From: the human T2T-CHM13v2.0 reference genome, Homo sapiens
Assembly: GCA_009914755.4 (NCBI GenBank)
Contig: CP068257.2
Coordinates: 12,864,001 to 12,928,000 of the forward strand
Length of the DNA: 64,000 bases
Reading direction: 5' to 3'
The position numbers were made by a program, and so were the translations under genes. Each line of letters opens with the position of its first letter. Within the stretch, counting starts at the first letter, position 1. A model generated the notes under the pieces. The model was given only the letters and a program-made list of their open reading frames with translations. It did no database searches and was not told the origin of the DNA. Below, one piece after another: positions 14,391 through 28,908 of the stretch.

Positions 14391-15879
14391 TTTTTTTCTC
14401 CATCAATATTATTATAACAAAATGATGTTGGAGAAAACTGTTTTTGGAGGACCTGCTATATTGTCCTTTCAGAAATCACAGCCCATTTTAGTACAAGGCA
14501 ACTTCAAGGGCTCCTAGTCCCTAGAAGCTCTTATGTCTCCCTACCAGCTATCTTTAAAGATTTTTGTTTCCCTTTTAAAAGAACTGAAATAAAAAGATCC
14601 TGACCTCTGGCAAGGGGTTAGCTTGATAGACAGTGTGATACAGAATATTGCCCCAAGGATGATAGCTGTGTTAGACACAATTAACGCCTTTTGCTGACTT
14701 GCCACCCCGGCTGGACGAGCCCTTCAGCCTGTGGTGAGAGGAGCAGAAACGAAAGCTGAAACTGAGAACCACACTGGAAAATACAAACTCTTCTTATGTA
14801 GTACTTACTAGCCTACAGTGGCTTCCCAGAATATGAATCACTCCAACTTGCCTAGGAGGTGTTTCCATCTGGCTGTCATTGCTCAGCAATCACAGAAGGG
14901 AATTGAGCGTATTGTTGTCCTGCTTATAAACAATCTGAACACACAGAAATCTATTACTCTTTTATATACTTGAAACCATTCTATGGCTGATTGGAGCCCA
15001 TGCCCAAGGCAATTTTGTAGCCTATATATAGCCTGTTAAATATTAATGAGAGTAAGGGTGCGATTTCCACAATGGGATAATGGGTCCTGTTGCACAGGAG
15101 GGCACAGAATAGACTCGTTTCAGCATTTTGCTACACTATCTTCTTCCATTAAGTAATCAATAGCCACCACCTTTTAAAATTAATTCTCCCCTCATTATAT
15201 CAATAAAGAAAAGCAGATTTAGGAGTCGTGGTTTAAGAAGGACACTGGACTATTACTTTGGGTTTTGTCAGTCATCTCATCACTAATTACTCAATAGCTT
15301 TATGCCATAGGAGTATATCAATCCATGTTAAGACACCCTTAAGAAGAAAATCTAAATATTTAAAAGAACATTTATATTTGTTCATTATTCTCTAGTTTAA
15401 AAGTTAGTAACTAACTTTCTCAGATGGTTTTATGATGTATAGATTATGGCTTATGACAAAAAAGGACTAATGTCTACTATGAGGTCTGGACAATGAACAC
15501 ATTTATGACTTCTGTTCTTGTAAAGTTTTATGATAACAAGGTGAATTATATGGAAACAAAGCTTGCTTCCTAAATAATAGTACTTAATAAATGAGAATGT
15601 GTTTGAATATTGATAATGTTGTTTATATAATTGTAATGTATTAGACTTAGTAAATATTATCTTATGACAGAAGTTCTTATCAAGACAGAGTTATTATATA
15701 AATAAGCAGTGTCAAAAAGAAGATGAGCTTAAATAAAAATGCTATATATATTTTAGATAATTCTTTGTGTCTGTTGACTTTAGATCATATTTAGTCTTTA
15801 TACTCTACACGAATGTTTCCAGTCTTTCCTTATGCAATTAGAAATGCATTTGTAAAATGGCACAATACCTATAAAGGGA

Positions 15880-16320
15880 AATTTGGCAATATCTAGCAAA
15901 ATTACATATACATTTGCCCTTTGTCCCAAGAATTCCATTTCTAGATGTCTTTATCAGCAATACATTTGTATATGAATTGTTTACATTTCCATATTCACTG
16001 TAGCACTTTTATATTATCAAAAAGCTGTAAAGCCTAATGTTCATCAAGAGGATACTGATTGAATAATATATGGTACATCCACACAATGCAAATGTATGAA
16101 GCTGTAAAAAATTAAATACATCTTTTTATATGCAACAGAATAACCTCTAGCATACAGTGTAAGGAGAAAAAGTAAAATGGAGAAAAGTGCAATATATTGA
16201 AATACATCTAATGTCAAAATTCATGAGTTCATAAGGATACTAAAAAGAAAAATGCATCAGTTACATTGGGAAATGTTATAATTATATTCTGAAAACTAAC
16301 AAATAAAGGGACAACTTAGA
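15880..16320 (+). mobile_element. Ancient LINE-1 (L1M-type) 3' region fragment
   Basis: 'aaaattacatatacatttgccctttgtcccaagaattccatttctag...ctaatgttcatcaagaggatactgattgaataatatatggtacatccacacaatgcaaatgtatgaagctgtaaaaaa' parallels the L1 ORF2-end/3'UTR consensus '...acccaagaattccacttctagg...aatgtccatcaat...ggtacatccatacaatggaatactatgcagccataaaaa'. Confidence 0.7.
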
Positions 16321-17034
16321 CATTTAATCTGCCTTTCCTGTATGAAACCTATTTCATCAACTAAATAGTTCATCAACTAAATAGTTGATGAGGGGAAATT
16401 GTTCTGTATATGTTCATACTTCAGCTAATCAATTAAAAATGATGAAATAATAAGATTACCATTTTGCAAACCCCTAATGCAATGTTGGATCCAGGCAATG
16501 ATCATCAATGGCCACTAAAATCACACAAAAGGAGATAACCAGAATATGTGCTTTGTGATGGAAGCATTAAATACAACTAATGAGATATTGTTTATAAGAA
16601 AGAAAGGAAGCAAGAAAGCAATCACACCAAGCTCTGTATCTAGCTACCACATTTAAGGAAAAAAAGAGACAGAAGAGCATGTTAAATGTTACCAAGAAGA
16701 TACAGTCAGTCGGAAAAAATACAGACAAGAAAATACAGAGCAAAACAACCCAGCTTCTTCAGCAAATCAATATAAAAAAATTTTAAGAAAGAGTTAAAGT
16801 ATAAACTGAGAGACTTCAGAAACATATTATCCAAGTATAATCCATGAATCTTGTTTAAATATAGATCAAATAAACCACTATACCAAAAACATCAAAAGAC
16901 AACTGGGTAAATTTTTTAAATGACTAGCTATTTGATGTTAAAGAAGTAATGTTACTCTCTTATATACAATTTGAAATAATCTAGCGAGGAGCAGCAAATG
17001 TGCGGCTATGAGGAAGAAACACAATTGGCCATTC

Positions 17035-17180
17035 TTGAATCATTAGCTGGATGGTGGCTATATGGGGGTAGATTTTACTACTCTCTAATTTTACATATAT
17101 TTAAAATGTTCCATAATAAATTGTTGAGTTATCAAAAGAAATATTTCTATATAATAGCTAAAATTATTTATAAAAGTTAG
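17035..17180 (+). mobile_element. Ancient LINE-1 (L1M-type) extreme 3' end, adjacent to the Alu at 17197
   Basis: 'ggtggctatatgggggtagattttactactctctaattttacatatatttaaaatgttccataataaa' resembles the L1M 3' terminus '...tacaactctatgca...actgtacac...gtgaattttactgtatgtaaattatacctcaataaa'. Confidence 0.5.
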
Positions 17181-17196
17181 TGGTCTCATAACTTTA

Positions 17197-17501
17197 TTTA
17201 TTTATTTACTTATTTTGAGACCGAGTCTCCCTCTGTTATGCAGGCTGGAGTGCAGTGGCTCCATCTCGGCTCACTGCAAACTTCACCTCCTGGATTAAAG
17301 CGATTCTCCTGCCTCAGCCCCCCCGAGTAGCTGGGATTACAGGCTTGCACCCCCACGCCCAGCTAATTTTTTTGTATTTTTAGTAGAGACAGGGTTTGAC
17401 CGTGTTAGCCAGGCTGATGTTGAACTCCTGACCTCAGGCAATTCGCCCGCCTTGGCCTCCCAAAGTGCTGGGATTACAGGTGTGAGCTGCCATGCCCAGC
17501 C
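17197..17501 (-). mobile_element. Alu SINE (minus orientation) with an 11-bp TSD
   Basis: '(ttta)n ttgagaccgagtctccctctgttatgcaggctggagtgcagtggctccatctcggctcactgcaaacttcacctcc...ggcctcccaaagtgctgggattacaggtgtgagctgccatgcccagcc'. The TSD tcataacttta lies at 17186-17196 and 17506-17516. Confidence 0.95.
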
Positions 17502-20269
17502 AGTTTCATAACTTTAATAAGGAATCAATTTGTTTAAAAACAATCATAATATGGTTTAGGTCATGGTTGTTTGGAAGTACAGAAAGGGAACAAAATAAAC
17601 TTGCGTTTCCTAAATTCATTTTAATACAACTAACTTTTCTGATATAAATATGTGCCCTTGGATTGCTGTTTTCAAGACTATCTGCAATCACATCGTGCAG
17701 TTAACCTTCTTCCACACAGTCCACTTGGCTTACCCAAAAATAGTACAGAACCAGGGTCAGCTGGGGTGTTTGAACACATTTGTGTATGTGTGTTTCTATG
17801 CAACCTAATGAGTAATATAAAAGAACTTAAGGAGATTCTTTTTTTATTAGTACCTCTCCAGTTTTGCAAAACAATCTTAATTATTACAGAATACTGTTTC
17901 ATGATATAAAGCTGGCAGTGTTCTTAGTTATCATCTAGCTCTTCTCAATAAGGAAACTGTTGAAACCAGAACTTGCAAAAAATTTCTTTTTAAAAAATTC
18001 TCCACTCTGATATACTCTCCCCTATGCCATTCCATTACAGAATCTAGATCCTGTCTTCTTCCCAAGAGGCTTGCTTTCTGAGCAGAATAAAAATTACGGC
18101 AAAGTTAGTTTGATAGAAAGAATGAAACTAACTCGGTTTCCTAGAATACTGACCAGCCTGCATTTATGAACATGAATGAAAATTACAGGGTCTCTATGTA
18201 GAAATCTGAATCAAACTTCTGATCAAAACCAGAAGAACTTGACCCTCATTTTCTTTCTTAGCCAGCCACTAACTTTGGGAGTCTTCAGATGAAATCTCAT
18301 CTCCAGCATGACTTAATATTTGGGTAAGGTGCTGGTGGAAAAGTTTCACAGTCTATTTCAAAGAAAAGATTTGCATTTGTGAGGCACACATCTGCAGTAC
18401 TTTGAAATATACTGGCAAATTAAAAATTACACACACTCTCCCAACAAGTTCTCAGCTCTTTTAAATATTGCACAAAGAACGTTGGTTAGTAATGTACTCA
18501 AAGATCAGAATTCTGTTTCAGCACATCCTTATATGAATATTCTACTATAATAAAAGCTGAATCTCAATAAGCTTGTCAGCCTTTATCCAAAGACACTCGA
18601 GGATTTAATTGTTCTAACTAACTCGGGTACTCAGATCTTTTGAAGAGGTGAAACAAATTTAACTCTCTTAAAATAATCAGTTAGAATTGCCTCAGTGTCA
18701 CGTGGTACCAGTGGAATACACTTCTGTGGGGTATCAGGAAACTGACGGCTAAAAGACAACTAGAGCTGTAAAGCCTTGTCTTCGACACTCACGTTTTATC
18801 CAGGGATAAAGGCAACCCAAAGCTCAAACATATACCAATGCTTTAAATATTTTCAACGTACATCTGGACTCTAAGAACAAAAGCTGGTCTATTCTATCTC
18901 TCTGGTTCAGTAACTTTTCTATCAACTGCAAAATAGCTTCAAGAAGTGCAGATTCTGATTCCACCACGGTTTTACAATGTTTTGTCAAAATTTCCATGCT
19001 AAAGATTTGCTTTCAGAAGTTGCTGTGACACTAGAAATGCTTTCTGCAAATTGAAACCATCTCCAAGATTACCTGAAGGAAAGAAACTAGAACTAAAAAA
19101 AAAAAAAAAAAAATGCAGAATGATCCATAACCTCTAAAAGTGGTTATTCATACCAGCTTATTTTATGCAACAAGTCTGATGAGTAAAAAAGACCCAAATG
19201 TACAACCATATCTCATTCTTATTATTTACACTGTATCCATAGACTGTAAGTCATGCTACACTTCTGGGAAATGAATAGAAATTATGATATTCTATTTTAC
19301 TTGAAAGGAGTTCTTAAATAATATTTTGATATGTTTTAAATATTAAAATTAAATAATACTGTTACATGTTTTAAATATTGCTTTTTCAGGTAGAAAGCAT
19401 AAGATGGCCGAAGAATTGGTATAATCAATTCTTTAAAAAACTATTAAAAAGGAAATGAAAAGCTTTAGAAAATGTGCCCATGATGACACTATCGTGAACT
19501 GCTCAATTTGTTTTCCCTATTGTGAAACTTCTGCTTGGCCTACTCACTCCTATAAAATTATGTTATTGTGCACTTTCTATTCCTTCTTTCTCTTCTTCTC
19601 TAACTAATAAGCCCATAAATAAGTACCACTAAAATAAATACTAAAATAAATAAATGGTACTTCTTGGTCCTCCTGGAATTCTTTCATTATGCCAACACTT
19701 CCTTAAAATTCTCAAGAATTTCCCCAGGGAACCCAGTTTTATGCCTGCCCCAGCCCATAAGGCACCCTCTGCCTGCCTCTGGGCTGCAAGGCAGATGTAC
19801 TAAAAAAAGGCTCTGTGCTTATGTCCTGCTCCCCTGAGGATCTGTTTTGGCCCAACCTCTGAAACTTTACCAGCCCCATTGGAAAATGGTATTTGCTCAT
19901 TGCTGTCTTTGGAGAGTTTGGACACTTAATGTAAAATGTAACACACCACAAATGCACATTCTCCCAGCCTGTACATATGTCCAATTATTTCTCCAAACTT
20001 TATTGAAGGTATTTTTTTCATTACTTTTACTCAAGTGTGTGCTAATTCCTGAACCAATGCAACAACTTTCAGATTATTTGTCCCCAAATTCTTGCCCCTC
20101 TAATCATCTAAAGTACCATGTCTCATCATCTCATTCTTCTTTCCAAAATGTAAAGCTTGCTCCACATTGCCATGACCGTTACCGAGAGCTTTCCATCTGC
20201 CAAACTCCATGCCATGCTATTTATCCGTAATTATTTCATTAGATAAACACAATCCCCCTCTGAGTTAGG

Positions 20270-20345
20270 CATTAACTTCTCCAATTCACAGATGATGAGA
20301 ACTGAGGCTCAGAGTGTTTAAATAGTTTTTCCTCAGTCAACAAAA
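20270..20345 (-). mobile_element. MIR SINE core fragment
   Basis: 'ttctccaattcacagatgatgagaactgaggctcagagtgtttaaatagtttttcctcagtcaaca' matches the reverse-complemented MIR core 'ccccattttacagatgaggaaactgaggctcagagaggttaagtaacttgcccaaggtcacaca'. Confidence 0.6.
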
Positions 20346-21364
20346 TAAAGCTCATACTCAGCATTCAGTGCATGTGTGATTCTGTATGGTAATGGGTAAT
20401 GCTAGTCAATCTGATTTAGCAGAATTTCTAACACTTCTTGCTGGCCACTGTGGACGAACTCATTTATATCTCTAAGCTTTTGCTCCTACTGTTTTTTATT
20501 CAAGGAATATTGGTCTTCTTTTATTCCACCTACTCAAACCCAGCCCATTCTTCGAGGGCAGGATTAAGTCTCACCTCCCTTAGGAAACCCTTTTCCGATG
20601 CCATTTAGTGAACGTTTTAGTGCATATTGATTGCTGTTATTACATGCTGTATCTCCAATGGATAAAAATCCTACAGTCGTGAGACTTGGGCAAAACCATG
20701 GCAAATGACAGATCCCACATTACTCTTCAAGTTAAATGTCAAAAATCTTACATCTCACAGTTACACAAAAATAAATTAGAACTTAATCATGTTGCAACTA
20801 ATGACAATAATTTGTTGATGTTTAAAGACCATAAGGGTTTGCATCATGTAATTTAACATAAATACACTAAGTGGCTTCTATGGCTCAACTTAGTACTCAG
20901 AGTAAGGGCTGTCGGTATGAATAAATAAGAATCAACCGTGAGAGAAATGTATACTATATTAGTACCATGGACCAAATCATTCCAAACCATAAGAGCTAAA
21001 TAGAATCCTGTTCAAATGAAAGATACACAAATATAGAATCAATTCCTATAAGCAGGTTATATTCATATACAAAATAAAAGAAGTTAAAATGTATAGTAGA
21101 TGTCAACTTGGAAATCTGCATTCATTCATTTACAAATACTCATTTGTATTGACTACTTAGTACCTGAAAGGCATTTTATGTGTCTATGCCTATACCTACT
21201 TAATTTATAGTTTGTCTACAGAATGATACACTAAAATAATCACAGATTTTGGGAGTAAAATTAGCTGGAATCAATATAATTTGAATTCACTTAACCATTT
21301 TCAAAAATTAGTAGATTTGTATAATTGTTAAACAAGAGGCTCTTTAGAAATAATCACCAAATCT

Positions 21365-21678
<314 letters not shown>

Positions 21679-24239
21679 TCAGAAATAATCACCAAATCTG
21701 AAGATTGTGATTGCTAAAGTTATGATAAGTAAGAAAGGTAGTGGAACATATGCTATGTATAAGATGGATCACTGGATGATAAAAAATGTGTCTAGTATCT
21801 AATATAATTCTCTCCCAAACTTTCATAGGAGAGAAATAAATACTGTCTCTAGTAAACATAATCATTTAGGTCACTATAAAAATATTTTTTATTTGTTATA
21901 GGGATATTTCACTGGGATTTTTCATTGTCTGGATGAACTATCTCTTGAAACTAAAACTGACAAAAAGTTTTCAACTCATGCACCAGCATGGATAGTTGGT
22001 CGATGTTTCATGAAGAGCTGTGTTGAGAAGCGTTCTAAAGCCATTTTCAGAGTTAAAAAGTCATGATTAACTGTGTCCACAGTGGTTACAGAAGATAGTG
22101 GGTGTTTAGGGGAAGAAGAGAGGAACTGCATTTGCCACCTCTACTCAAATTATTTCCCTGAGCAAATTTTGCATTACTAATTTTGTTATCTAGGTACCTT
22201 GATACAGGGAGGGCAATTCAAAAGATGGATGACTGAAATTTTCAATTTACAAAAAATATACATTATTCTTCCATAAGTTTGGAAATTAACTGTCTTTTCT
22301 ATGCATATTTTATTTTTCTATTTATTATAGAATATTAAATAATATTTTAACTAGTCACATCATTTTCAACTATTTTAATTCTATAACTAAACAAAAACAA
22401 ATAATTCTACAAATAAATAATTCTGCCTAAATAATACTGCTGTATAGGATATGGCAAATAGACAAAAGGTAATATTGAAGATGATGGTTTAAAAAAGCAA
22501 CTATTAGTTAAGAGAAGAATAACTTCGAATATTGATCTCAATAGACCTTACTACATTAACCATAAACTTAAATACCAAATTTATTCTGGTTTTTGTAATA
22601 AGTGACTGATTTTTCTATTTGTTGTACTGTTAATAAGATTTATCATATGTATTTTGTATAGTGTCATTAATCTAAAAGACAAACTATTAAAAGTATAAAA
22701 GAGAAATTATGTCTATTCAATTTTATCATCAAAGGAGTTAAAAAAGAAAACCCAAGAGTAACATTATTAGCTAAGTTAAATTGAGCAATTTCTTTCAGGA
22801 TCTTAGATGTAAGCTTTTTTTTTTCTTTTCAATAATCAGAGAGAGGAAATCTCAAAAATTTTTTATTATCTAACATGATGGAAGAATGTGCAGTACTTTT
22901 AAGCCCCAAAACTTTTAAACATACGTGATAATTGAGTATGCTAACAAAACTTTAGTTTCCTGAAATATTTCCTAACAGTTTACCCATCTCATCTTTACAC
23001 TAGTAAATTCCAGTCACTCCAGATTTTAAAATAAAATAAAATTATCACCAAGAGGCAAACATTTATAGTACTCATTACTTTGAAATTATGGTTAAATAAA
23101 GATGTAAAAATTAAGTTGGGAAAACAAAATCCTTTTAACCAAATTTCCTATCAAATTATCTGGAACAAAAACTCCCTTTTACTTCCATTAGTCTTAAAAG
23201 TCCTCTGCATTCACTTGGCCTCTGGGTACACAGTAACCTTTCTAAAGGTCTGCCCAAGGGATATTTTAGTCATTCTGTGATCTCCTTGAACACAAGTAAT
23301 GACAAACAATAAGCTAATTCTCAAAAAGTTTTTTTTTGAGTCATTTTTACTACTTTTAAATGAGTGTGTCTGATGCATGATTTTGGGCCCCCTGATTAAT
23401 GGTCACCGCCAGCCCAGCTTCTGGAGTTGTAATGTTTCCGTGAGCTTCCCTCCAGCAGAGCTCGACCATTAATCCAGTGGCATATGTCAGCTCAGCAGAG
23501 CAAGGTCACTCTTCTGTTTCAAGGGGAACCTTTTTAGAAATAATAAAACTGACAGAAAGTTCTTTTTTGCATGCTTTATGCCACCTGAGGTTGAGTGCTG
23601 CAGTTAATATCATAAAGCTTATAAACATTCCCATCCCAGGAAGCACCCACTGCTGCTGGTCTTAGGAATTTAAACACTTTTTTTCTTAGTAAGAACAGAC
23701 ATGTTTATGTGGGGGCAAATATATGGTATGTCATCCCAAATAGAGGAAGAATGGGTGGGAAAATAAAACAGTAAGTTCATGTTAGGAAGTTTGGAAGAGA
23801 TGTTAGTGTCCTATAACTATTTTTATTGTCAATTACATTTATTTACCTTTTAGAAAACTGGGATTTGGTTAGATGAATACTTCAATCTCCTGAGGGGGTT
23901 AATAGCAGAGTTGAAATATAAGAGTAGTGGTAAAAAGAAACTCAGTTTATAATCACTCCTTGACCTATAATGTAATGTTCAATAATTGTAGAACATTTAT
24001 CTTTGAAGGAACTGTATTTTTAAAGTTATAAACATTTGTTTTATTGGTAATGACTTTTTCATAATTGATAATTAAATACAGTGAGATAGTCATAATCTTA
24101 AAGTAATTTGAAATTTTTAGATGTCCTAACATACAAATCAAACAAAAGATAAAAGATGATTGCTATGTAATAACTTACAATATAAAGAAACTATAATCAT
24201 AAGTATTACAAAATGTACATATTTAATATTTTATTACTT

Positions 24240-24570
<331 letters not shown>

Positions 24571-25785
24571 TAAAAATAGCAGTAGCATAACTGTAACCAC
24601 GTAAAGTATTCAGGGGAAAAAAAACCCCAGAAAATTCCAATTTGCTCTTTTTAACCAAATACTGAGACGAATGCCATATCACTATGTAGATTTTGATACA
24701 AGGTAAATTTGACTTGACTCTTACTCCAGGAGTTTAAGCTGTTAAAACTATAAAAAATATAATAAAGAAACTTAGTTATTTAATTGTATTCATTTTCCTT
24801 TTGTAGAGAAAATGTACCTGGAAGTGAAGCCAGTTAGCAACTTAGCTCAATCCTTTTAGGAAGACAATACATTGGTCAAGTATCACGTCTCTATGTCCAG
24901 GGTCACGCCCTCACCTCAACAAGTATGGGAACTTTATTTTTAAGCTTGCAGAAATATACAACTTCAAGGTGACTAATTCATAAACCAAACTGATAAGATA
25001 TCAAAAATGGCAATACTAACCAAGCGAGCATTGATTTGCTGTGGGAAATTCATCTGCCAAGAAAAATGCATATTCATGTTGACTGATCAAAAAATTGTTT
25101 CCCCTGAAAGAAACCCTACACAGGACACCAGATCATTGCTGGAAGTTTGCTTGATTCATGTGGTGGTCAAAGTAAAGTCAATTAAGTGGTATTAAGACTA
25201 GAGACATGAAGTTCTTCTCCTAGCCTTAGGTACACATCTCACCTAAGAGAAGTCTGTCCAGCCAAAAGGGATTTTTGCTTCAGCTGTTTTGCATGATTTG
25301 CAGACACAGTGGCAAATTTCTACTCTCCCACCTATTTCTAGGCTGTCTGCAAAGCAACACCCTTTTGCTAATACTTTTTGTCTTTAAGGCAGATTACATT
25401 ACAATGTGTGATTATTTTGATTCTAGGAATGGTTACTTTGTTTTGTTGTGGGTGTTACCCAGATCTTTATCAGTGACGCATTTACAAACTATCTTCTGGA
25501 GTAGACTACTTCTGCAGATGACTAATATTATCCATTAGTCATTTCACACTCATTATACATATATTGAGAAATCACTACTATGTTCTATACTATCAATGTT
25601 TTCAGTGGTAGCCAAAGTGTTATAAAAAGCACACGGAATCTGAAAGTCAGGTAGACCGAGTTCAATCCCTCTTGAATCCTCAACAAAAATCCCAGGGATG
25701 CAAATATGAGTCAGCTACATCCCCTGATCCTCTGTTCTTGATGGTGAATCTAGTTGGGAGCACATACTGAAAAACTGTGAGTTTA

Positions 25786-25810
25786 AACAACAACAACAAC
25801 AACAACAAAC
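25786..25810. repeat. (CAA)n microsatellite
   Basis: 'caacaacaacaacaacaacaaac'. Confidence 0.9.
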
Positions 25811-25860
25811 AGAGAAATGTGGAACAAGCACAACGAAAATAGAAAGGAGGGAGAGACTTT

Positions 25861-26098
<238 letters not shown>

Positions 26099-26516
26099 TG
26101 ACATGCTTTAAGACTTTCCCTTTTCATGATTACCACAATGAGGCTCAACAGGCTTAAGAAAATGTTCAAAGTCCCCTGGTTAAGAAAGATCAAAGTAAGA
26201 CATTCACACTCAGGTCTCTATGCCTTTAGTTCACGTTACCTACTGCTCTGCTAGACTGACCCTAATACACTACCCTGGGGTAACTGATGGAGGCTTTCTT
26301 GAGGAAGTGACAGTCCACCTATAAATTCGAATAGATAAGAATTCATGAGTTGGAAAAAAAGCACAGAGCATTTTAGGCTAAGAGAAGCACAGACAGAAAT
26401 GTATGAGAGTGGTCAGATCATCAGGAACACGGGCCTCACTCCACCAACCAAACCAGAAGATCTGGTATTAGGGCCCAGACATAGGTATTTTTATAAAACA
26501 CCCCAGATGATTTTAA

Positions 26517-26560
26517 TATTAGGTTGGTGCAAAAGTAATCATGATTTTTGCTATTATTTT
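26517..26560. mobile_element. MADE1 / Hsmar1 mariner terminal-repeat fragment
   Basis: 'ttaggttggtgcaaaagtaatcatgatttttgctattatttttaat' matches MADE1 'ttaggttggtgcaaaagtaattgcggtttttgccattaaaagtaat'. Confidence 0.75.
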
Positions 26561-26855
26561 TAATATGCAGCCAGAAAGCATGGGTCAAGGGGGTCAAATA
26601 GATGTTTTACTTTTTAGTTTTCAAATGATTCCTAATAGAGGTCTAGTGGGTTGTGGCAGAGTTACATTTGGATGTGAGGAAGGAAAGAATAACAAAGACT
26701 GGAGAGTGTAGGTAAAGGCAGTCAAGTCAAATGTGGGGCTGGCAGCATGAAGGGATTGGTCAACTGGAAGTGGAGAAAGATCTAGAGTAATTGGAAGGAA
26801 GGAAACAACTAAAAACCTAATCCTCACTTCCAATTAGTACAAGCTCATGGACTAT

Positions 26856-27277
26856 GTTATGAGCTGAATTGACTCCCACAAATTCGTATGTTTGAAGCCC
26901 TAACACCTTGTACCTCAGACCATGACTGTATTTGGATATAAAGCCTTTAAAGAGAAAATCAAGTAAAAAATGTGACCATTAGGGTAGGACCTAATCCGTT
27001 CCTACTGGTGTCCTTATAAGATGATGTTTGGACACACAGAGAGAGACATCAGGAGCACACAGACACAGATGAAGAGGCAATAAAAGGGCAGCCATCTACA
27101 TGTCAAAAAGAAAGGCCCAGAACAGATCCTTCCTTGAAAGCTCTCTGTGAAACCCACCCTGCCAGCACCTTGATCTTGGGTTTCCAACCTCCAGAAGTGT
27201 GAGAAAGTGGATTCCTGTTGTTAAAGCTACTCAGACTCTGATATTTTGTTATGGCAGCTCTAGCAAACTAATACAGA
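26856..27277 (+). mobile_element. MaLR solo LTR (MST/MLT1-like)
   Basis: The architecture 'tg..ctcccacaaattcgtatgtttgaagccctaacacc...gtgaccattagggtaggacctaatccgttcctactggtgtccttataagatgat...gccatctacatgtcaaa...caccctgccagcaccttgatcttgggtttccaacctccagaagtgtgagaaa...gttgttaaagctactcag.ctgatattttgttatggcagctctagcaaactaatacag' parallels the THE1/MST consensus layout. Subfamily is not assigned. Confidence 0.65.
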
Positions 27278-28469
27278 CTAAGTGAAGGAAGGAGGGGGAC
27301 TTAGCCAGCTGTGGTGACAAATGGCTCTCTCTATCTATGCAAGAATCACTTCATCTACCAACAGAGATAGTTTAAAATCTTCTGCTATTAGTAATGAATT
27401 CTTAATGGAGGACATTTTTGTTTTCTACTAAGAAGCTAATATGAATGTCTTGTTTCTGAAAGTTCATCGAAATCTTTAACACTAGAAAGGAGGAGAAATG
27501 GATCAGTTTGGTAATGATAAATTTGGAAACGGATATGTAAAGCATGGACTTGATTCCATTATTGTAAAAACAAACAAACAAAAAAAAACACAGTTTTCAG
27601 GGATTTTGAAACTATTTATCTCCAAAGCAAGGCAAAGAAAGACTAAAGAGATAAGTGTGTGATTAAATTGATTTTTAACAAATCCAGCATCTTGGTAGTC
27701 AAGGTAGTGACCTTATAAAGCTTCCTATAAAATACAATATCCAAATTTCCAAACAAAGGGGAGGCTACACTTCTGTCATTTCTCTAGCTATTCATCTGAT
27801 CTTTCTGAATATTATCTGAACACTTTTCAAGTATAGCTAATACATTTGGCCCCAAACATTTTGCTACCTGCTTGGGATAAAACTTGATTACAGATTCATA
27901 TTCTGTAAAACGGAAAAGCTAAAATGTATTAGTGCTTTGTTTGGAGAGAAGTGGTCAAGGCTAAAAATTATTTAAAAGGTGCACTACGAATTAAAATAAA
28001 ATCCAATGGAAAATTATATGTTTAAGAAAGAAGAAGAAGAAGCCTTTGGAAAGTGAGACATCAATTTAGGGGTGAATTTCTGGTGACTGTAAACAATGGA
28101 ATGAGGCCATTTCTCCTTGGCATGCAAGCACCAACTGGAAGCAAGAATGGGACCGGACAGTGGAAACTTTCTGTCTGCCATCTTTAGACAGCATGTAGTA
28201 AGTTACCTATAAACATCCAAATGGATAAAGTAAGTACAAATATATCCCAAATTTAGAGTCTTCTCAACACCCAAGTCAACTGGGCCGTTCCTTTGTCTGA
28301 ACCACAGTTATACCTTGCCTGGTTTCTGCAATAGTCTGTTAACTGGTCTCACTCCCTTCAGTATATTTGAAACACAAAAGCCAGAATAAACCCACTAAAC
28401 TGTAGGCCAGATTCTGTCACTTCTCAAACATCTTTCAACACTAGCTAAAATTATTTTAATGGCCTAGAA

Positions 28470-28908
28470 CGCCTTCAGTGATCCAGCTCTTTGCGGCGGC
28501 TCTTCCCGCTATGCACTCTGCCCCACTGCTTCTCAAACACACCAGAGACAGTCCCATTTCAAGGCCTTTGCACTTGCTCTTCCCTCTGCCCAGAGTACAG
28601 TTTCCTTCACCAATCCCAAGACCAGCTCCTTCACTTTCTTCCAGTCCTTTTTCCAATGTCCCATTCTCACCAAGGCTTCTCTAGTTCTTCATATTTTAAA
28701 TCCTTCTTTTCTGTTAATTTTTTTTTCTTCTTGGCACCTATCATTATCTAGCATACTGTATATATTACTTATTTATCCTATTTATTGTCTGTCATCTCCA
28801 GTAAATATGGTATCTTTTGTTCACCTTGGTATCGCCAGTGTATTGTCCATAATAAGCATTTAATAGACATTTGTTGCGTTGAAGGATAAATGAATGAATG
28901 AATGCATG
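28470..28908 (+). mobile_element. LINE-2 (L2) 3' end fragment ending in (TGAA)n
   Basis: '...tattgtctgtcatctccagtaaatatggtatcttttgttcaccttggtatcgccagtgtattgtccataataagcatttaatagacatttgttgcgttgaaggataaatgaatgaatgaatg' parallels the L2 3' terminus '...tattgtctgtctcccccactagaatgtaagctccatgagggcagggactttgtctgttttgttcactgctgtatccccagtgcctagaacagtgcctggcacatagtaggcgctcaataaatatttgttgaatgaatgaa'. Confidence 0.55.

Noticed and set aside
19097-19115. 19-nt poly-A run that might mark a retroposed element or processed pseudogene tail
   Set aside because: The upstream sequence shows no recognisable SINE, LINE or mRNA-like body and no TSD that I could find. It is treated as a simple A-tract.
28456-28751. 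Pro/Ser-rich ORFs on both strands ('PLHLLFPLPRVQFPSPIPRPAPSLSSSPF...')
   Set aside because: They fall inside the L2 3'-end fragment (28470-28908). The low-complexity translation of repeat DNA is not coding.
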